Below, piece after piece: positions 24,207 through 28,641 of a stretch of DNA of 28,641 nt. This DNA is from a virus (Duplodnaviria > Caudoviricetes): positions 1-28,641 of the IMG/VR virus record IMGVR_UViG_3300037043_000157. The stretch is one strand, 5' to 3'. A model generated the notes under the pieces. The model saw nothing but the letters and a program-made list of their open reading frames with translations. It made no database searches and had not been told where the DNA came from. Both the position numbers and the translations under genes were made by a program. Position 1 is the stretch's first letter. Each line of letters starts with the position of its first letter.

Positions 24207-25761
24207 TGTTATCTCCTGTCGGTTCCGGTTCCGGCCCCGCGGCGACGGCCATCTTGGGGGCGCCGCTGACCGGAAAAAACAGGCCCAGTTCGTCGGCCCG
24301 CTCTTGTTCGCGCTTTAACTGTTCAAAAACCTCTTCCCAGTCCCGGCCCTGTCCCGCCACTTCCTCCGCCTGGGTGGACAGGCCATAATCGATGGCCAGC
24401 TTGGAGGCCTGCACCTCCTTCACCGGATCAACCCAACCCCAGCCGCCGCCGATCCATGCGGCTCGGGTGTATTCCGCTCGCATCTCATAGAACCGGGGGG
24501 CCTTGAATAGGCCCCGAAGAAAGGCTTCCTCCAGCACCAGGTCCCAAAACGGCTGACAAAATTGGGCTGCAAACCAGGAGCGCCAGGTGGTAAACAAGCG
24601 GCGGCCTTCCAAAAGAGAGGCCCGGGCGGAAGAATAATTGGTCTTGGAAAAATCCTTGGCCAGAAGTTCATACGGCAGGCCGATGGCGATCCCAATCATT
24701 CTGAGGATGCCTTCCACAAAGCTGGAAAAGGTTTCCCCGCCACGCTTGGGGTCCACCACAGAAATATTTTCCCCCAGGCCGAGATAGGTCACCAGGCCGG
24801 GCTCAATGCCCTGAAGGCGTTTGTTGGTGGTGGATTCGACGCCGGTGGCGGCGGCCAGGGCGGCATATTGCGAATCATCTTTGGTAATAAACACCGCCAG
24901 GCAGGCGGCTACCTTGGCGGCCACCAACTCGGCGTCGAGGTAATCCGCCAAGTCCTTGAAATAGGTAAGCACCGGGGCGAAATGGGGCACTCCCCGAAGC
25001 TGCCCAGGGCGGTTGGTGCGGAAAACGTGGAGCACCCGGGGGCGGCCATGGCTGTCACGGGCCTCAATCCTCTCGGCCTTTCCCACGTTGTAGGCCGACA
25101 CGCCCTGGTTGGAGTAATCAACCTTGGAAATCCAGTAGGCCAACGGCTCCCCCCGGGCGCCGACTTCAATGCCTGTGTCCATGGCGGTCAGCGATTTGCC
25201 GCTCTGGGGACAAAGGCGATCACCCTCCAGCAACTCCACTACCCGTTGGATCGGCCGCCAGGGTTCACCGGCCATTACCGGCAGGGCCAGGATCTCGCCG
25301 TCCTCCACAATCTTGCGCAGGGCCAGAAACTGCAAATCATCAAAACTCAGCCGGTTGCCGGCGTCCGCCAGGGGCGTCCAGACCTGCCAGATGCTTTCCG
25401 CTTGGCGCTGCAACTCCCGGGCCTGCCCTTCATTGAGGCCCAGAACATCGGCCCGAAGACGCGATTGCGGCCGCAGTCCCCGCCCCACAATGTTGATGGC
25501 CATGGTGTCGGTGGCGCCGCTGGCCACAGCATCGTTGCGGTTCAGATCCCGGGAGCGGTTGCGGAGCATTTCCAGGGTGGATGAAGCGGGGGTGGTGTTG
25601 CTGCGACCCAACAGCCAGTTGTTCCGGAGCCGGGAGGTATCAGCCCCCCGGTAGTCGGCCATCAGTTCCAATTGCAGCTTGGCGGCCTGGCGGCGGGCGC
25701 CCAGAGCGGGAGAAACATAATTGATCATCCGGTCCAGGCGGGAAAAAGGGCGGGGCTTCAC
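24190..25761 (-). CDS. Portal protein, lambda family
   Basis: LRNRSRDLNRND, RPGQLRGVP, GLPYELLAKDFSKTNYSSARASLLE and WVDPVKEVQA motifs. Confidence 0.95.
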   Translation of the reverse strand: MKPRPFSRLDRMINYVSPALGARRQAAKLQLELMADYRGADTSRLRNNWLLGRSNTTPASSTLEMLRNRSRDLNRNDAVASGATDTMAINIVGRGLRPQSRLRADVLGLNEGQARELQRQAESIWQVWTPLADAGNRLSFDDLQFLALRKIVEDGEILALPVMAGEPWRPIQRVVELLEGDRLCPQSGKSLTAMDTGIEVGARGEPLAYWISKVDYSNQGVSAYNVGKAERIEARDSHGRPRVLHVFRTNRPGQLRGVPHFAPVLTYFKDLADYLDAELVAAKVAACLAVFITKDDSQYAALAAATGVESTTNKRLQGIEPGLVTYLGLGENISVVDPKRGGETFSSFVEGILRMIGIAIGLPYELLAKDFSKTNYSSARASLLEGRRLFTTWRSWFAAQFCQPFWDLVLEEAFLRGLFKAPRFYEMRAEYTRAAWIGGGWGWVDPVKEVQASKLAIDYGLSTQAEEVAGQGRDWEEVFEQLKREQERADELGLFFPVSGAPKMAVAAGPEPEPTGDNNAQTE

Positions 25762-25991
25762 AGAGGCACCGTAAATTCAACCCGGTTGATGGGGTCGAAA
25801 CCGGCCCCGGCGCCCCCGAACTTGGCCATCTCTCCCAACAGCCACTGTTCCCGCTTTTGGAGTTGGTCCAGGTTGGCCCGTTTCAACCCCATGGAAGCCC
25901 CAGCGGTATATTCCTGGGCGGTAAGGCACTTCGAGATGGCCGTCTGCACTTCTGTCAGCATGGTTTCAAGTTGCGCTTGAGTATAAGCCAT
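25758..25991 (-). CDS. Head completion protein (gpW-like)
   Basis: MAYTQAQLETMLTEVQTAI...QEYT...LKRANLDQLQKRE, located before the portal. ATG 25991 is preferred over the track start 26078. Confidence 0.8.
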   Translation of the reverse strand: MAYTQAQLETMLTEVQTAISKCLTAQEYTAGASMGLKRANLDQLQKREQWLLGEMAKFGGAGAGFDPINRVEFTVPL

Positions 25992-25997
25992 GCTGCC

Positions 25998-26026
25998 AAT
26001 ATCAACCAAAAAAAAGAGAGCCTCAA
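25998..26026 (-). promoter_or_regulatory. Putative sigma70-type promoter (TTGAGG-N17-GATATT) for the morphogenesis genes
   Basis: -35-like hexamer at 26026-26021, 17-nt spacer, -10-like hexamer at 26003-25998, then 6 nt to the gpW ATG with no Shine-Dalgarno. Confidence 0.4.
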
Positions 26027-26034
26027 GGCCCTCT
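26008..26034 (-). terminator. Putative intrinsic (rho-independent) terminator
   Basis: Minus strand AGAGGGCC-TTGA-GGCTCTCT forms an 8-bp stem (one G-U pair) that runs into a T8 tract, 36 nt after the HTH gene stop. Confidence 0.6.
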
Positions 26035-26059
26035 GGTTCGATTGGTTCGCTCTGGTTCG
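26031..26059 (-). repeat. Three tandem direct repeats with core CGAACCA (candidate operator)
   Basis: Minus strand CGAACCAGAG CGAACCAAT CGAACCAGAG, with 10- and 9-bp spacing. Confidence 0.7.
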
Positions 26060-26070
26060 TTAAAATGCGG

Positions 26071-26280
26071 TCATTCAAAAAAAGTTTCGGGGTCCACCTT
26101 GTTTTTTTCCAGAAACATGATCACCGATTCCCGGCTGATCCGGCGGGTGCGTTTACCGATTTTGAAGGCCACCAGGTCCCCGGCCCGGATCAAATCGCGG
26201 ACGTGTTTTTCGGTGCAGGCCAACATCTCCGCCACGTGATGCAGGTGCAAAAGACCGCTCTGTTTCACCACCATATTCAT
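26071..26280 (-). CDS. Small excisionase/MerR-like helix-turn-helix DNA-binding protein (HTH_17-like)
   Basis: LLHLHHVAEMLACTEKHVRDLIRAGDLVAFKIG..TRRISRESV pattern. The start overlaps the terL stop. Confidence 0.85.
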   Translation of the reverse strand: MNMVVKQSGLLHLHHVAEMLACTEKHVRDLIRAGDLVAFKIGKRTRRISRESVIMFLEKNKVDPETFFE

Positions 26281-28217
26281 CTCCCCAACCAGTCACCGGC
26301 CGCCCGACCGGTTAAAGGATTGACCCCGCGGTCCGGTAAACCTTCCACATGCGCACCCGCCCCCGGCCGGGGCAGCACCATCACCCCGCCCCAGCACTCC
26401 GGATCGGCCATGGCCAGGGCATAGATGCTGGTGTCCAACAGGTGATTACCTTGATTGCCCTGTAAGGTCCATAATTCACGGCCCCGGTTATCCCGAACCT
26501 TGATCTCCGCGGTGAGTTGCATGGTGAAATCCTCCCCGGTGCCCTTATGGAAATGTACCCGGCCCGATTCTACCCGTGACCAAAACGCATCCTTGAGGGC
26601 GTTGGTGTCCAATATCCACAGACGTAAACCTCCAGGAATCGGCCCCCCTTTGCCCGGCATCCGGTCAATGACGGACATCATCATTTTCTTCCCGCCAGCG
26701 AGAGCTTTGGAGGCTCCCTTAATCCCAAAAATGCGGCCTTGCCCCTGGATGCGCAGCCATTGATAAACCTGTTCCGTCATGCTGACGTTGCCGTCCCCGC
26801 CGCCACTGCCCCCGGTATCAATAGCCCCCCGCCACACCGGATAAATCGGCCCCCCGCCGCCGCTGCAATAATAAACGTCCCGGAACAACCAGCCCTCCAG
26901 CTCAGTCCAATTTGGCAGCCAGCCGTAACGGATCAGGTGTTGGTCCACCAGGCCGCTATCCAGGCGCACCCAGGCCCAGATAGAGCACCAGCAGCCCCAC
27001 TTATGGTTATCAATTCCCGCAGTCAGGGCCACGGTGCCGTCGGGAACAACTTGCGCCTCGCGGTCAGAACACAATTCCAGCAAAGCCGAAGTGTCTTTTT
27101 GCTTGACCACGTCTCTCCACGGCTCCGCCAGCCATAAATTAATGAAAGTTTTGTACTTTTCCCGGTCAGCTTTGGTGGCGAAAAACTGCGCTGCCACCTC
27201 GGAAAAGTTCCGAAAAGGCGAGTAGAGGACGTTCCACCAAAAACCCACATGCGATACGAGCGGCAAGGGCGGCATTTCACCCGTCTTAACGTCAAATGGA
27301 TGGCCCTCCGGGACCCATTGACCCCGGGCCAGCATCCCCGGCTTGTCCTTGTCGTCAATTTCCACCTGGCAATGGACGCACTCATACCGGGCTACCCGCT
27401 GCTGGCGGATGTAATCCGGGCCCCGCTGCTCCGCCGGCCATTCCCCCAGCTTGGCCCCGGCGCACTTCACCTGCCAAAACGAGAGGACCTGGTAGGCGCC
27501 GCACTGGGGACAGGGCACCCAATATTTGCGCCGATCAGAGCGCAGATACTCCCGGTTGATGTGCCCGTCCGGAGTGGTGGGCGTGCAGGGCTCGATAATC
27601 TTACGATTCCAGTAGGTGGTCAGCCGGGCCTCGGCCATTTCCACCGGCGAACCCTCATCCCCGGTGGCCGCCGGATACCGGTCCGGCTCATCCATGAGGA
27701 GATAACGGGCCTCGACGTTGGCCAGATCGGCCTTGCTGCCCGCGGTGGCGAAATAAATGTCCATGCGCTTGAGCACAATGGAGCGCTTCTGCATGTCATC
27801 CGGGTCGCCGGTGAGATACCGGGACAGCTCCGGGCTTTCGGTAATCATGTCCTGGAGCCGCTTGTTGACCCGGCGCAGGGTCTTGTCCGTGGGCATGACC
27901 ACCAGGAAGGGGGCGGGGTCCTGGGAAATGACGTACCCCAGCATGTTATAAGCCGATTCGGTCTTGGCGCTCTGCACCGAGGCCATGATGGTGATCCGCT
28001 CCACCCCCGGCTCCAAGAAAGAATCCATTACCCCCACCGCATAGGGCACCAGCCGGTTACTCCAGGGCCCCGGGATAGCTGATTGCTTCGGCAGCATCCG
28101 GTAACGCTCGGCCCACTCGGACACGGCAATATCATCCGGCGGCGCCCAGGCGGAGCGCTCGGCGGGGGAGAAGGGGTTATGGGTTACGAGTTCTGAGTTA
28201 TGTGGATTATGGTGCAT
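26277..28217 (-). CDS. terL: Terminase large subunit (lambda gpA family)
   Basis: VSEWAERYR, Walker A-like SVQSAKTE, Walker B LLMDEPD, TPT, CPQC/CVHC zinc motif, LTAGID, AIDTGG and NHLLD nuclease motifs. Confidence 0.95.
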   Translation of the reverse strand: MHHNPHNSELVTHNPFSPAERSAWAPPDDIAVSEWAERYRMLPKQSAIPGPWSNRLVPYAVGVMDSFLEPGVERITIMASVQSAKTESAYNMLGYVISQDPAPFLVVMPTDKTLRRVNKRLQDMITESPELSRYLTGDPDDMQKRSIVLKRMDIYFATAGSKADLANVEARYLLMDEPDRYPAATGDEGSPVEMAEARLTTYWNRKIIEPCTPTTPDGHINREYLRSDRRKYWVPCPQCGAYQVLSFWQVKCAGAKLGEWPAEQRGPDYIRQQRVARYECVHCQVEIDDKDKPGMLARGQWVPEGHPFDVKTGEMPPLPLVSHVGFWWNVLYSPFRNFSEVAAQFFATKADREKYKTFINLWLAEPWRDVVKQKDTSALLELCSDREAQVVPDGTVALTAGIDNHKWGCWCSIWAWVRLDSGLVDQHLIRYGWLPNWTELEGWLFRDVYYCSGGGGPIYPVWRGAIDTGGSGGGDGNVSMTEQVYQWLRIQGQGRIFGIKGASKALAGGKKMMMSVIDRMPGKGGPIPGGLRLWILDTNALKDAFWSRVESGRVHFHKGTGEDFTMQLTAEIKVRDNRGRELWTLQGNQGNHLLDTSIYALAMADPECWGGVMVLPRPGAGAHVEGLPDRGVNPLTGRAAGDWLGR

Positions 28218-28224
28218 AAAACGT

Positions 28225-28641
28225 CTAACCTATCTTGTGCCCCGGCCCCGGCATTTCTTTTAAATCACCAAAAGAAGTCACTTCCGCCACTTGCGCCGAT
28301 TCTGGACCGGCATTGCCTGCGCCGGCGCCGATGTTTTCCGGCAACGGCCGGGCGAAATCCTCCAGGAGGTTCCGCACCGCCCGGTGAATGATCGGTTCCA
28401 TCTCCCGTTCATGCGAGCAGGTGGCCAACTGCGGCGGCAGGGCCCGGGCCAGAATCAACAGGCCCTGCTTCACCGCCATGATCCGGGCCACGAATAGCTG
28501 CTCCACCGCGGCCAGCTCCACCAGCTCCCCCCGGCGATGCCGAAGCTCAAGCTCCCGCCGCTGGGCCTGGAACTTTTTGTTCTGCCCATCCCAAAAATCC
28601 TTCCCGGACTCCAGCGTCAACTCCGGCTGCCGGGGATCGCC
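28225..28641 (-). CDS. terS: Terminase small subunit (Nu1-like), 5' end outside the window
   Basis: The frame is open to the window edge. KFQAQRRELELRHRRGELVE...LARALPPQLA pattern; directly upstream of terL. Confidence 0.8.
   Translation of the reverse strand, partial: GDPRQPELTLESGKDFWDGQNKKFQAQRRELELRHRRGELVELAAVEQLFVARIMAVKQGLLILARALPPQLATCSHEREMEPIIHRAVRNLLEDFARPLPENIGAGAGNAGPESAQVAEVTSFGDLKEMPGPGHKIG

Larger units (their letters stand above)
1..28641 (-). mobile_element. Lambda-like tailed phage/prophage late region (packaging, head, tail, lysis); both ends extend beyond the window
   Basis: Co-oriented, tightly packed minus-strand genes in canonical order: terS-terL-gpW-portal-protease-decoration-capsid-neck-tail tube-chaperone-tape measure-tip-fibres-lysis. 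No sheath, integrase or att site is visible in the window. Confidence 0.97.

Noticed and set aside
18280-25584. Long plus-strand ORFs (18280..19554, 20746..22080, 22023..23522, 24562..25584 and similar elsewhere)
   Set aside because: They are antisense shadows of well-supported minus-strand genes, expected in GC-rich coding DNA, and show no recognisable motifs.
26071-26280. HTH gene as a true excisionase marking an attachment site
   Set aside because: No integrase or att-like context is nearby. It is translationally coupled to terL inside the late operon, so a regulatory role fits better.

Overview
The window is a contiguous segment of a lambda-like tailed phage or prophage (non-contractile tail, siphovirus-type gene set), with every credible gene on the minus strand. 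Read right to left it encodes: terminase small and large subunits, a small HTH regulator, gpW, lambda-type portal, prohead protease/scaffold, an extended capsid decoration protein, major capsid protein, head-tail and tail completion genes, major tail protein, tail chaperone with a -1 frameshift, tape measure, distal/tip genes (DUF1833-like, NlpC/P60, gpI-gpJ fusion), two receptor-binding-like proteins and a lysis cassette. The outstanding feature is a complete diversity-generating retroelement (DGR) directly after the major tail gene. It comprises a C-type-lectin-fold target with a C-terminal VR (16425-16537), avd, a TR (15851-15963) and a reverse transcriptase. By hand alignment the TR and VR differ at 19 of 113 positions, 18 of them at TR adenines. 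The DGR is followed by five small genes that look like an accessory appendage module, including a His-x-His repeat protein with a YWPKT-repeat N-terminus. Other notable signals are a compact repeat/terminator/promoter-like switch between the HTH gene and gpW, extra domains inserted in several virion proteins, a signal-peptide-bearing beta-helix tailspike-like gene, and a 13-bp motif shared upstream of two receptor-binding-like genes. All family assignments come from motif recognition and gene order; no database searches were run.
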